Assembly (NCBI RefSeq): GCF_000143415.4
Contig: NW_003314271.1
Span: forward strand, 2,919,729-2,983,728
Reading direction: 5' to 3'
DNA: 64,000 bases
DNA from: Selaginella moellendorffii
Taxonomy: Eukaryota > Plantae > Lycopodiophyta
In this document: positions 50,578 through 63,200 of the stretch, piece by piece
Position numbering within the stretch: the stretch's first letter is position 1
Layout: each line of letters opens with the position of its first letter
Made by a program: the position numbers and the translations under genes
Notes under the pieces: model-generated
Databases searched by the model: none
Told to the model about the DNA's origin: nothing
What the model saw: only the letters and a program-made list of their open reading frames with translations

Positions 50578-51694
50578 GGACTACGTGCTGTCTCATAGCA
50601 ACCTGTGATGATCCAATCCCTGCGACCAATTCCCACTCATCTGCTCTGTCCCAGAGAACTGGAAAACTAAATCCTCCTGTTCTATCCTGATCCTCCCAAT
50701 CCTGTGTTCTAAGTGTTCTAGATTCCCAAACCCACCAAACTTCTGCGCTGTGCTTCTTCGTCGAAGAAGCCACGGAAAAAGATTGGATGATGCTTGTAGC
50801 CTGTGCGCTCTTCCCCGAGGAAAGCTGTCCATATATTTTATCTCCCTCCCAACTTGACTTTGGCGAAGGATTCTTTAATCGCCCCCAGCCATTGCAAGCT
50901 AAAATCTAAAATTTAGATCTCCAATTTGTGTACCTGGCTCTGTCACGAGGGGGACAGCATTGTTTCTGGCAAAAAGAGAGGCCGCGCTAGCGACGTTGGA
51001 CCCCGCACAAGCAACAAAACACGCGATGCCAGCGCTCCGGGGATAAAAGAAATCGCCTGCCTCCAAAATCCACAGCCGGAGCGTCAGCATTTATGCGCGG
51101 TAGCCCGAGAATGCGGGCAGGAAGACGTACCGGATGAAATCCCCGCGCCGCCGCCGACGCCGTCGCCGCCGCCGCGCCGCGGAATGTAGAGCGCCTCGCC
51201 GCTCCCGATTCCAAGAGCTAGCACCGGGGCGTCGGATCGAGCTCGCTGGCGCTCGCCATTCCCAAACCCTTCTCGAATAAGGAATAGCGCGCACAAAACT
51301 TCACTACCTAGAATACGTTCCAAGTGTGGATAGATCCTAATCGCACCGCCCGATGGAGCGGGATTACGTAATGGAATGTGTAGCCATTGCAATCTCCCGC
51401 GTCCACGTGGCGGGATCGTAGCGGTCACTTTGGCGGGTCCAGAAAACGTAGGAAAAAACGAGCGAGCTACCGTACACTTAAAACGAGGCGCGGATAAATC
51501 CGAGCAGCGCGACAAAGAACGAACGTCCTTTTCGTAATTTTTCCTTTGGGCTGCCGATCACAGTGGACAAATAATTTACCTAGTTCCTCACGCTCGTTTC
51601 TCTCCTTTCCAATAATCGAGCTTTAAAGCTCTCTCTGCAAGTTCAAAGCTCTCAAAGTCTTCTAGCAAAAAGAAAGAAGGAACAAAGAAAAGAA

Positions 51695-53534
51695 ATGGAA
51701 GCACTGACCTTGAGCTGGATTCTAGCAATGGCTGCTTTGTGTGTTTTCCTGGCGCTCGTCTGGAGATTAAGGCTGCCACCATCCATGAATTTGCCACCGG
51801 GACGAATGGGCTGGCCTCTCGTCGGCGAGACTCTAGAGTATCTCGCAACCAGGCCGATCGGAGTGCCTCAGCCTTTTATTGCGAAAAGAGTCGCACGGTC
51901 TGTTGCTGGATTTGAGGAACTTTGTTCTTTAGCGTCCTGAAAAGAGGAAAGCTTTGTCTTGCAGGTACGGGAGTATCTTCAAGACGCACCTGTTCGGGTG
52001 TCCCACGATCGTGACGACTGATCCGGACTTTAACAGGTTTGTCCTCGCCAACGAAGGGAAATTGTTCCAGAGCTCCTATCCCGCTGGCGTTGATCGCGTC
52101 CTCGGCAAGTTCTCGATGGTGCAGGCCAGCGGCGAGCTCCACAAGAGGATGCGAGCTTTGACGGTGAGCTTCATGCAAGCCCAGAGTCTCAAGGACAATT
52201 TCCTGCAAACAATTCAAGCGCGAGTGATCAGTCTCTTGTCAACTTGGGAGGGACGAGTTGTTAAGATCCAGGACGAAGCACAATCGGTAAGAATGAATAG
52301 AAGGATCCAGGCTTTGACGATCGCTTACTCTGTGATCAGCTGTCATTCGACTGTATTGTTGGTCACGTCCTGGGCATGGATCCTGGAGCAGAGAACACAA
52401 AAACCATAAAGGAGGACTTTTTCAACTTGGTGTACGGTTTGACAATACCTTTGAGAATCCCGGGAACTCGGTACTGGACAGCCATGAAGGTTCAGTTGGA
52501 TCCTGTTGAATGAAGAATCTTGTACTATTTTGGAGTGACAGGGACGGCAAAACATCGTGAGGCTCGTCGAGCAAATGGTCGCGGAGAGAACGACAAAGCC
52601 TTGCACAGCTCGCAAAGATTTCCTTCAACAATTGCTACAGGATGACAATGGAAAGAATCTCACCTTGGAACAGATAAGCGACTTCATCGTGTTCATGCTC
52701 TTTGCAGCACACGATACAACAGCGACAGCAATGACCATGGCGATCAAATACCTTCTGGCTAATCCACAAGCGCTAAATCAGCTGCAGGTACGCTGCTCAT
52801 ATTTAGCATCAATATCCTGCAAACCATACATTTAGGAAGAACACCTTGAGATTCGAAGGAACAAAAGGAGTCCAGACGAACCACTAGAATGGAATGATTA
52901 CCTTCAAATGACCTTCACTCAACACGTAAGTCGCACAGTCCGAAGCTGTTTTTAACTGTAGAGATTAGCAGGTTATAAACGAGACACTGAGGCTCACTAA
53001 CGTGCTAACATCTGCCCATAGGATAGCTCTGCAAGACGTTCAAACTGAAGGTGAGAGCCCAGACAGAATATAAATTTGGTCTTACTTCCTGAGCGTGAAC
53101 TTCATAGAAGGATATGTGATACCGAAGGGCTGGAAAGTGGTTTCCAGCTGGACCACGATACATCTCAATCCAAAACTTTACGCAGAACCATTAGAGTTCA
53201 ACCCCTGGCGCTGGAAGGTAAACACAAAACTTAACCTGAAGCAGGCTCATAACTTTGCTGCAGACTCAAAGCGTTAAGTACTTCACTCCTTTTAGTGGCG
53301 GCCCAAGATTTTGTACCGGATCTGAGCTAGCTAGACTGGAGATCGCGCTTTTGCTGCATTTTATCATAACCAAATACTCGTAAGAAACAGGAAAACTACA
53401 TTTAAGAAACGCTAACAAACCTGCTCTTTTCTAGGTTGCACCCTGCTGAAGACGACGAAGCTGTTTATTTTGGAACTGTGAAAATGCGGAAAGGTCTCCC
53501 TGTTACTGTCACCAAACTCTCACAGATTCTATAG
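51695..53534 (+). CDS. Cytochrome P450, CYP85 clan (CYP90/720/724-like), multi-exon
   Basis: TM anchor, LPPGRMGWPLVGET, FAAHDTT, ETLR, FNPWRW, FSGGPRFCTG heme motif. Confidence 0.93.
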
Positions 53535-53849
53535 CTTTCTACAAAAAAAACCGAGCGATAGTTAGTGTCAAAGCAAAATGAAACCACACTTACACATCAG
53601 ATTAGACTTCTTCGGACAAATAATAAGAGACGTTAGCATGTTAAAACGCGTAGAAAAGAAACTAGCGACAGTGCTTCATGGCTATAACTTGAACGTCAAC
53701 CAAATTAAAACTTGCTCAAAACTTGTAAGGAACCCAAGCTTGGATTCTCTCAAGACAAAAAATCTCTCTTGCTGGGAGAACTGAGAGACGACCCTGGTTT
53801 CTTGTGAATTTACAAGAACTAGAAACCAAAAGAACCTGGAAAGGAAGCG

Positions 53850-54674
53850 TCAGTCCTCATCGTCAATTGCCAAGTTCAAGGTGTGCATCCTAAAGCCTGC
53901 TTTTTCCATTGTATCTACGATCTCCGACGCAACATTTGTTGCCTGGATGATTGTCTTCTTAGTGAGCTGAAAATGGAGGGTTGGGAACCCGGTGAGGCTT
54001 TCGAGCGATATAAAAAACAAAAAAAGAGAGAAGAAGCCCCGCTTACCGAAATGGACGTCAAACCTTCAAATGTAGTTATCCTCACATCACTGACGTCTTC
54101 CATTGCCTGGCACGAGAAGAGAAAAATATAAGCAAAGATTGTAAATGGAGATCGAAGATGGCATACCTCTAAAGAGCTTTGGACGATTGGAATCGATACG
54201 TCGGGCATGGAGCCTTCGGCCTGTGTGCCACAAGACACCTCCCGTGAAAACTTTAAGAACAAACTCTACAAACCTTGAGCATCATGACGAGCTTCTCTGC
54301 TTCCGTTTGTTCTTCTTGCGCTGCTCCCCCAGACTCCTCTTCTTTCGCTGTCTCTGGCTCAACCTACATTCGCCAGGATCTTCAAACAATCCAGGCCTCA
54401 CGACAAAGTGCAAAGATCTGACCTGTGAATCGTCCGGGGCCGCCACAGGCGCATCCGAATCGACCGCCGCCTCTGTGGATTCAGCGAAGACGCGAAAGAT
54501 CCTCCAATGCGGCGTCGGTCCTCTGGGCGCGCGCATCCGCCATTGCTGATGGAGATGAGACTGATGATGCCGGAGAGACAAGCAGGCGCCGCTAACACAC
54601 CCTAGGGTTTGGACCTGGCAAGAAGAAGCGGGAGAAGGCGCAAGGAGAGGACGAGGCACTAGAGCGGCCGCCAT
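53850..54674 (-). CDS. Plastid-targeted HMA-like domain protein (At5g14910-like), multi-exon
   Basis: Transit-peptide-like N-terminus; QAEGSM..IP, LTKKTIIQATNVASEIVDTMEKAGFRMHTLNL C-terminus recalled as similar to that family. Confidence 0.65.
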
Positions 54675-54720
54675 AGCCGGGGAAAATGTATAGCCGGGGA
54701 AAATGCTTGCTCTAAAATCT

Positions 54721-54729
54721 GCCACGTGG
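54721..54729. promoter_or_regulatory. G-box (GCCACGTGG) upstream of plastid HMA-like gene
   Basis: Consensus G-box ~50 bp upstream of ATG; function untested. Confidence 0.35.
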
Positions 54730-54924
54730 AACCTCTAACCTAAACCCATATTCAATTTTCAAAAACCGCATATTCCATACCCGGGAAAAACCACGCTTTG
54801 TTTATTAGCATCGCAGTACGCCGCGAGAACAGTGCCTTGGGAAATGGAAATGGTGAATATAAGTCCATGGATACATGATCATAGATTTCCATGCGAAAGC
54901 TTGAGAGAGCTTGAGACTTACTGA

Positions 54925-56537
54925 TCAAGAAGCCTTTGATTTTGCTTTGGAGATATCTCTTCCATAAAGACCAGCGATCCCAGCTGCCGGATCATTTTGT
55001 TTTACCAGAGATTCGCCAACCAAAACCTGAGAAGAAAAGTCTGAGAATCAATACAAGAAAAGCTATCTAGCTATGGTACGCACCGCGCGGACTCCAGCTT
55101 TTTGAACGACTGCTATGTCTTCTGGAGTAAAGAGCCCGGATTCTCCCACCACCTAGCACAGAGAAAGGTTTTGTAGATGTTTTCTGTGAGAATTCCCAAG
55201 CATTCCCAAGGAAATAGACTAACCATGATTCCCAAAGCATGGATTATATCCATCCTTGCGGTGGTGAGGAGTTTCACGGTGTTGTTAATGTCCACTTTGA
55301 AAGTTTCTGCGTGTTTCTTCCCTCACAGTTAGATTGCTGGCAACTCGAATCACGCTTACCAAGATTTCTATTGTTGATACCAATGAGCTCTATTCCAGGT
55401 AGCTCCAAAACACGGTCCATCTCTGTTCCATTGTGAACCTAGAAAAAACCCGAGTGAAGATCCAGGTGTGAGCCAGCTTTCTCACCTCAACCAGAGCCGA
55501 CATGCCGTTTTGTTTCACAACTCTCATCAAGGAACGTAACTCGTCGTCGGTTAAGACAGACGCGATCAAAAGAACCGCGTCGGCTCCCTTTGCACGAGCG
55601 TAATATATTTGCCATGGATCAATGATAAACTCCTTACACAACAGGGGACACTACAAGGAAAATTATCAGCAAACAAAAATAAAAAAACGTTCAAAGTCAA
55701 GTAGTATTTCTTGCCTGAACTTGAGCTGCCCGAATCAAGCTTAAGTTCTCGAAGCTCCCCTGAAAATCTCAATATAAATCTCATGTTAAGCAAATCATAA
55801 ACGCTAGCATGCCTGGAAATATTTTGAGTCCGTGAGCACGCTCAAGCAAGAAGCTCCGCCATTCTCGTATGCCTTTGCAATACGAACCTGAAACAAGAAG
55901 AGAACTTAATACTTCAGAAACGAGAAAATGAAGAAAAATTCCACCAAGAAAACTATACCGGATCGAAGTCGGGTTGAATCACACCTCGACTTGGAGAAGC
56001 CTTCTTCACCTCAGCAATCAACGCCGGGAGTCCAGTTTCAGCTGCTCGATCTTTCAAGACTTTCACAAAGTCTCGAGCCGGTCCATCGATCAGAGGAAAC
56101 TTTTCTTTCATCTCATACAATGGCAGCTTTTTCTTCATCTGTAAAGGAAAAAATCTATAGTGATCCATCCACAAAAGAATAAGAGAAAGAAAAACAACTT
56201 GCCTCGGCAACCTCTGTCTCTTTGTACCAAATAATCTCTTCCAGAATGTTGCGCGGCTTCTCATCTCCATCCTTGAGCACGTAGCCGCTGGGAGCAAGCC
56301 TGCGAATCGAAATGCGCTGCCTCGCTAGATCCCTTTGCTTCTGCTCGAAAGCCGACCACGCATCGCTGCTTCTCTACAAGACAAATCCATCAATAGATAG
56401 AAAAAATGTAGGCGCCCGGGCCTCGATCGATCGATTATTCGGCTTACCACGCAGCTGATCCGCAATCTTGGACGGACGCCATGGATCCAGTCGAGGCGAT
56501 TGGCACTGGCGCTCTCTTTGAATCCTAAGCAAGCCAT
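54925..56537 (-). CDS. IGPS: Indole-3-glycerol phosphate synthase, plastidic, multi-exon
   Basis: [55 protein letters not shown] motifs. Confidence 0.96.
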
Positions 56538-56774
56538 AAACCCTACGAGGATATTCTAAGAGGATGACTTGACTCTTGTTGACTCCCGTCCCGTCAACGG
56601 TCAAGCGTCTCCCGGACGATATTGCCGTGTAGACGAGGGTTCGATCATAGTCCTCTGGGCTCCAGGCAAGGTAGGCTATTTCTTCCGCAACGATCATTCT
56701 TTTGCGACGATCGTCTTGTGTAGATCCGCGGCTGGGCCGCATTTCAGCGTAATCCGCTGGATCGGCAGGGAAAT

Positions 56775-58863
56775 ATGAGGATTTTCGAGCTCGCGGCCAC
56801 TCTCCTGCCGGCACTGTTCGCGGTGATCCTCGCGTTTTCTCTTCCGGGCGCCGCGGAAATCTTCTTTGAGGAGCGATTCGACGGTATGGCAGCAGCATTG
56901 CTCGAAATGTTTCATAAATTTTGGTGAATCCCTTATTCTCCTCGCTGACCCTGACACACTGTGTGTGGCGTGGTCTCGTGTGTGTTCTTCCAGATGGATG
57001 GGAGCATAGCTGGGTGCAATCCGATTGGAAGCGCTCGGATGGTCTAGCCGGGAACTGGCGGCACACGGCCGGGAAATGGCACGGTGATCCTGATGACAAG
57101 GGTACGCATTCTTCCATGTAAGCTTGCGCTTGATCTAAGGGTGGTGATATTTCCGTTTGGTTTTCACAGGTATCCAGACATATCCAGATTCTCGTTACTT
57201 CGCTATCTCGGCTCAGTTCCCGGTGCTCAATACGAAAGGAAAGACGCTTGTGATTCAGTACTCCGTCAAGCACGAACAAAAGATCGAGTGTGGCGGGGGA
57301 TACATCAAGTTGCTCAGTGGCTACATGAATCAAAAGCGATTTAGTGGAGATACACCTTACAGGTTGAGATTATAGAGTTGAATTCCTCTCTAACGTTTTT
57401 CTCTCTTCCTTTTTCTTTGCAGCATAATGTTTGGTCCCGACATTTGTGGAACTCAAACAAAGAAGATCCACACGATTTTGCAGTATAAGAGCCAGAACTA
57501 TCCGATTCGGAAGGAAGTCCCTTGCGAGACGGACCAGCTCACTCACGTTTACACGTTGATAATTCGTCCAGACGCGACTTACAGCATCCTCGTCGACAAC
57601 AGAGAGAGGGATTCGGGCAGTCTCTATACCGACTGGGATATGCTACCTCCAAAGCGGATCAAAGATCCAAACGCTAAAAAGGTTGGTGTGACTTTCGTTT
57701 TTAAATTTGTTACGCTTTGCTCTTTGCATTTTTTCAGCCTGCCGATTGGGAGGATAAAGAGTATATTGTGGATCCAGATGACAAAAAGCCAGAGGTATTT
57801 ATTCTTCTTCTCGCGATCTTGAGAATATATGCTTGGTTGTAATGCAGGGGTACGACTCCATTCCAGCAGAAATTCCAGACCCAGACTCGACAAAGGTTTT
57901 AATTTCCTTGCAATTTTTTTTTTGATCCTTGTCTTTTGGTTTCAACAGCCTGACAACTGGGATGAAGATGAACATGGAGTATGGAAAGTACCAAACGTGC
58001 CTAATCCTGCTTATAGAGGACCATGGAAACCGAAGGTATTATCTTTCTTTTTCCCCCTGAAATGCGTTTATTGAAGCCATTCATTTCAGAAAATAAAAAA
58101 TCCCAACTATAAAGGAAAATGGTCGCCATTGGCTGACAATCCAGGTATTCTCTCGTCTTGACTTTATTGTTCTTATTGCTGTTCATTCGGCAGAATTTGA
58201 GGACGATCCCGACTTGTATGTGTTTCCGAATCTCAAGTACATCGGTATAGAACTTTGGCAGGTAAAAGCACAATTATCTCATTTAACGAAGGAACGCTAA
58301 GCGCATTGACAGGTGAAATCCGGAACTCTCTTCGACAATATCCTTGTATGTGATGATCCTGAATATGCCCGATCGGTGGCAGAAGCTACGTGGGGTGCCA
58401 ACAAGGATGTAAGTTATCACACTCATGATTCTCCTTAAACTTGCTGCATTTTGCAGTTGGAGAAAGAGGCTTTTGATGAATCTGAGAAGCGGAGACAGGA
58501 ACAAGAGGAGGTACAGACTTTTGCATCATCGTAGATGACGGTTTTACATCGTGAATCTAGAAAGAGGCGGCGGCGCACAGAGCTGAAAGGGACCGTAGAA
58601 GATCGAGACACGACGACGACTACCACTACAGGCGCAAGGAGCGCATGAGGGATCGGATGAGAAGAAGACATCGATTGGTTCGTAGTGATTCTTTTCCTTT
58701 CCGTGTGGTGCTCTACATTTACACGTCGTGGTTTTGCTTTTTTCCATTTCCTGGCCGCAGGATGATGACGACGATGATTATCATGTGAGCATCTTCTTTC
58801 TCGCAAAAGGCTCCTATTCAACCTTGCTAACGTTGTTGTCATTTCGTGCAGGATGAACTGTAA
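56775..58863 (+). CDS. CRT3: Calreticulin, CRT3-like, multi-exon
   Basis: Signal peptide + [32 protein letters not shown]-domain repeats, Arg-rich tail, HDEL split by last intron. Confidence 0.93.
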
Positions 58864-60392
58864 GAGGCTGGCCGGCACTTTCCTCTTTTCAGAGGTGCTG
58901 GTTTGAAATGTGCTTGGAGAATGAATGGACACGGGATGGGTGAATGGACAGACCATCGCGAAGTTGAGCTTTTCATTACTCTCGTCCCACTCCTCCAACA
59001 TCTACGTCGTTGTGATGCAAGCCAAAGCCGCGCCTTGGTGAGCAAGAGTGACGTCTCAACCCCGAAGTAAACGCGCTGTGAGCTTTCCACACTTAGGCGT
59101 GATGCTGAGGCACTAACTGTTACATTTTTCTAGGAGGCGTCGCTGTCGATGCCACGATTGGATGCTCCTCTGTGAGCCTTACGGAAGCGGCCGCGGGATA
59201 AGAGAGATCGGTTTTTCCAAACTCACGCAAAGATTTAAACAGGTGCGTTTCCTTCCCTTTCAGAGCTTTTGTCTTTAAGTTTCGAGACAGGGATTGTTTT
59301 GTTTTAATGCTTCGATGCGTCAGTTTGATCCGCTGCTGGCCTAGCAACCTTGCAAGCAAGCAACAGTGCTTGTTTCTTCCCTTGTTCGTCGTGTTTGGTG
59401 ACTCGAAGAAGAGAGAAAAAAAGAAAAACTTGGCTCTCTGGGCTTGTATGCTTGTGGCTTTGCTTGCTCGGTTGGGTTCGTAGGTAGCTGTATGGTTGAA
59501 GCATTCATTGTTTTGAGTTTAAAGTCTTCTCTTTGTGGATTCCTTTCGTGGCGAGATATAGTCTCGAAGCTCTCGGTGGACGCAAAAACTATAAACTATG
59601 GAGAAATCTCTAAAGAACAGTGTGCTTGATACTCCTTGGTTTGTGCCGGATTGAAAAGATTGGAATTTGGCTTGCTTTGCTTGGAAGTGGTGGTGGTGCT
59701 TGTGTCCATTGATTGCTACGGGGGAGAGCATTGCATTGCTTCCGCGAATAATTGCCTGGAGTAAAGCTTCTCTCGTGGACGGCTGGGATCTCTTGCCGCC
59801 TATCCGACGGTAACGATCGCGAGCGCTATTTTACGGCAGTTTTGAGGTTAACTATTACGGGCATATTCTATTTTATTTTATTTTGGTGTTGGCGTACGAA
59901 GGCGCGGGTTTAACAATGTATGGGTGGGAATAAAAGAAAGAATGAAAGACGCCAAAAAAGAAGGTGAGAGAGAAGAGGAGCGTCTCGAGTGACCCGGCCA
60001 GGGCACCGCGCGAGGGATTGGATGGAGTGCTCGGCTATGGCGCTGCTGGTTGGGGACATCGTCGCCGGTGAAATACGATTCTAGGTCTCCTCCTCTCTCT
60101 CTCCCTCCCTCCCTTTGCTCGCAATCGCCTGTCGCGGAAGATACAAGGAAGATTTTCCATCCGCCGCCAGTACGAAAGATTTGATGCATCGGTGTGGCAA
60201 ATGTGAGGGATCGTCTCACTCTACACGGCAGGGATGATGGAAGCTCACGGATTGCGCGTGGAGGATCTTGTCGGCTAGAGGTAAAATCATCTCTGTGTTT
60301 TTCTTTTTCTCGTTTTTTTTTTTTTTCCTTCTTTGATGATCTCGCGTTTGTTTCAGGAGCTACAATTCCCTTGAGTTAGAACACCGGAAAGA

Positions 60393-62242
60393 ATGGAGAG
60401 GTCAAGGCAGCAAAGGCGATGGAATACAGGGCAATTGATGAAGAGCTTGGATGAATCGCAATTACCAAGGTCTGTAGAGCCCAGTAGTAGCCATGGGAGG
60501 AACCTCGCATCAAGGCTGGGAATGACGGAGGTCTCGTGCTTTCCCAGCTCCCGATCAAGACGAGCGTCCAACAGGATGGAGTTTCTTAGAGACAACACAG
60601 CGGGGTCATCGAACTCACGGAGGAGGATGGAAACGAGCAAGATAAACTCCGAGCGGGGGAAAGGAATTCGCATCATAAACAACGAACTGGCCCGTGAAAG
60701 AGAAGATCTCGCGGCCGCCAGCCTTTCCGACGAGGACGACCAAGTCTTTGATCTGTCGCTGCTGGAAGGAGCCTCCTACCCCAACGTTTTGGGGGCAGGG
60801 ACGAGCATGAGAAGCTTGAGTTGCAAGCGAAAGAGCTCTTCGTTTGTTCGCGGCAGCACAAGCACTGGAAGTGGCGGCTCCGGCAAGGCAAAGATGGCGG
60901 AAGAGCAAGCTCTAAGAAACCAAAGAGGACTTCATAACTTGCGAAGGTCGTCAACTTCGATAGACGGGCAGAGGCTAAAGGTTTCCAGGAGGAATGCCGA
61001 TGCTCCAGAAGGCGGGGCCTCCTCTTCCTCGTCGCCTTTGCGTTTGTCAAGAGACTCAACCGCGCCGGACTACGATCGGTTACTAAGTTCCGCGAGCTCA
61101 CTCACAAGAAGGCCGGCTGGTGGCACTGTCGACACGCGTGGCCGGAGTCGTAATTATGATCCAAGCAGCTCGGCCGAAACGGTCCCGAGGAGCGTGAGGA
61201 GTGCGCTGCATCCTCCGGAACGATCGACATTTGCGAGAAGGGATTCCAGAGAAACGCCGGAATCGAGCAGCCAGGCCTTCACAAAACGGAACATTTCGAA
61301 CTGCTTTGGAAGCGGTCGAAGATCGCCATCTCCGAGGCCGATTGGTGGCCATGAGAGAGGCTCCCGCCACCTTGCTGCTTCGAGCTCGAATCCAGTGCAA
61401 GCTCCGCCATCCTCGTTGCTCTCGGCGGCATTGGAAGCAGCGGCGACGCCGTCGTCCTCGAGCTCGTTTCGCCAACAAGGTGGCCAAGTTTCCTCGAGCG
61501 GTGACAACAATCAGTGGTCGACACCAACAATGGCTTCTGGGTGGGAGTACCATCGTCCCCGGCTCATGGCGGAAGGCCTCGCGAAGGTAAAAAAAGAGAA
61601 AGCTTCCTCTGTTGATCACTTCTTCGGGAACTTGCTATCCAGATCCTATTGGCGTTGGAGCGGGTTGAAAACGACGAGGAGTTGACGCATGAGGTGAGGG
61701 AAAGCTGTTTTTGGCAGCCTAGGTTCTATAGGCCTAAGATGATTTTTTGCAGCAGCTGTTGATGCTGGAAGCCACCGTCTTGTTTGGCGGGATGGCGGTC
61801 CACGATCGCCACAGTGACTGGAGGATGGACGTCGATAACATGACCTACGAAGTAAGCTCCGAGTTTTCACAAAAAGGAAGTTCTAAACTGGAAGAAATTC
61901 GGCTCGCAGGAGCTCCTCGCCCTCGAAGAGAAGATGGGAAGCGTAAGCATTGGAGTGAGCGAGGAGAGGATAGCTCATGGATTGCAAAAGTGTCGATTCA
62001 GTACGCTGTTTGCCGGGTGCGGGCAGGATGGCGAGCTCAAGTGTAGCATCTGCCAGGTGAAAAAAACTGCGATTCTGGAACAGGAGATCTAAACGTTTGG
62101 CTCTCGCTTCCAGGAGGAGTATCGCAATGGCGAGCAGCTGGGGCGGATCGAGTGTGGTCACAAGTTCCACATCGGTTGTATCAAGCAGTGGCTTGGACAC
62201 AAGAACTTATGCCCGATCTGCAAGGCCACGGCAGTGTCGTGA
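60393..62242 (+). CDS. RING-H2 E3 ubiquitin ligase (MBR/CTL-like), multi-exon
   Basis: Low-complexity N-terminus, DRHSDWRMDVDNMTYEELLALEE, CSICQEE..CGHKFHIGCIKQWL..CPIC. Confidence 0.9.
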
Positions 62243-62489
62243 TCTCGTGCACGTCAACTTGTGAGTTTCACGTCCTTGTTCTTTCATTCCACACACATCC
62301 TAGTTTTTAGAAAGAATAAACTCTAGACTTTTCTTTCAATGGCATCTTAAAGCAGGAATTCTCGAGACTATCTTTGTTTTCCAAAGTCAATAATAGACTT
62401 TAAAGGCGAGAGAAACTCCATGGAAACTACCCAGGCTTCGTTTCGCCATCCAAAGATTGCATTGGGCCGTCCAGAGAAATATCTTTGCA

Positions 62490-62717
62490 GGAGCTTCTCG
62501 CGCTTTACTAAAGTGTGGAAGTTCTCGGGATGGCGAGCTCAAATGTAGCATCTGCCAACTTTGACTAAGAGTTTGAGGCATTGTTTTCCAGGAGGAATTT
62601 CGCAATGGCGAGGATCTGGGCGAGATCGATTGCGGTCACAAGTTCCACGTAAACTGTATCAAGCAGTGGCTTGGACGCAAGAACTTGTGTCCAATCTGCA
62701 AAGTCACAGCAATGTGA
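62490..62717 (+). other. Tandem duplicate of the last two RING-gene exons; terminal exon intact
   Basis: 62490-62558 decayed penultimate exon; 62592-62717 EEFRNGEDLGEIDCGHKFHVNCIKQWLGRKNLCPICKVTAM* with CAG acceptor. Confidence 0.8.
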
Positions 62718-63200
62718 CAAGAGAAAGTTCGTGGAATCCAACCGTTATGCTAGTAGTCTTTCCATTTCGCTTTCATGGATCGCTCAGGACGAACGGTGGC
62801 GATTTGGCCAGGCGAGGAAACTTCTAAAGATTCGTAGCAAGCATCCAGGCAAGTTGGAGCGTATAGTCTACGTAGGGGGTGGGCACGGATACGTAGACGT
62901 GGCGAGAGATCCATCGCACGCGCGTGACCGCGAGAGCGAGAGATCACTCGTCCTCCACGCAAGTCGCGAGACGCCAGGCGCAAATAATGGCTGTGTCAGG
63001 CGGACACGACACAGTAGAATCTCCTCCCTCCGAAACAATCCAAGCATTGTGGAAGAACCACTTTGAGTTAGCTTGAGAAACACCCATATAATCTCTTCCT
63101 CTCCTCGACAGCTCTCTTCTTTGTAGATCTTGGAGCGCGAGCGAGAGAGCGATTACTTCTTCTTCTCGATCGTCTTCTTCTTTGTGATAGTTTCTTGGCA

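Noticed and set aside
56374-57333. 319-aa minus-strand ORF (similarly 45540-46232, 63153-63743, 63221-63979)
   Set aside because: Shadow or off-frame ORFs over calreticulin, the MASS-like gene and the GC-rich BAHD gene; no recognisable motifs
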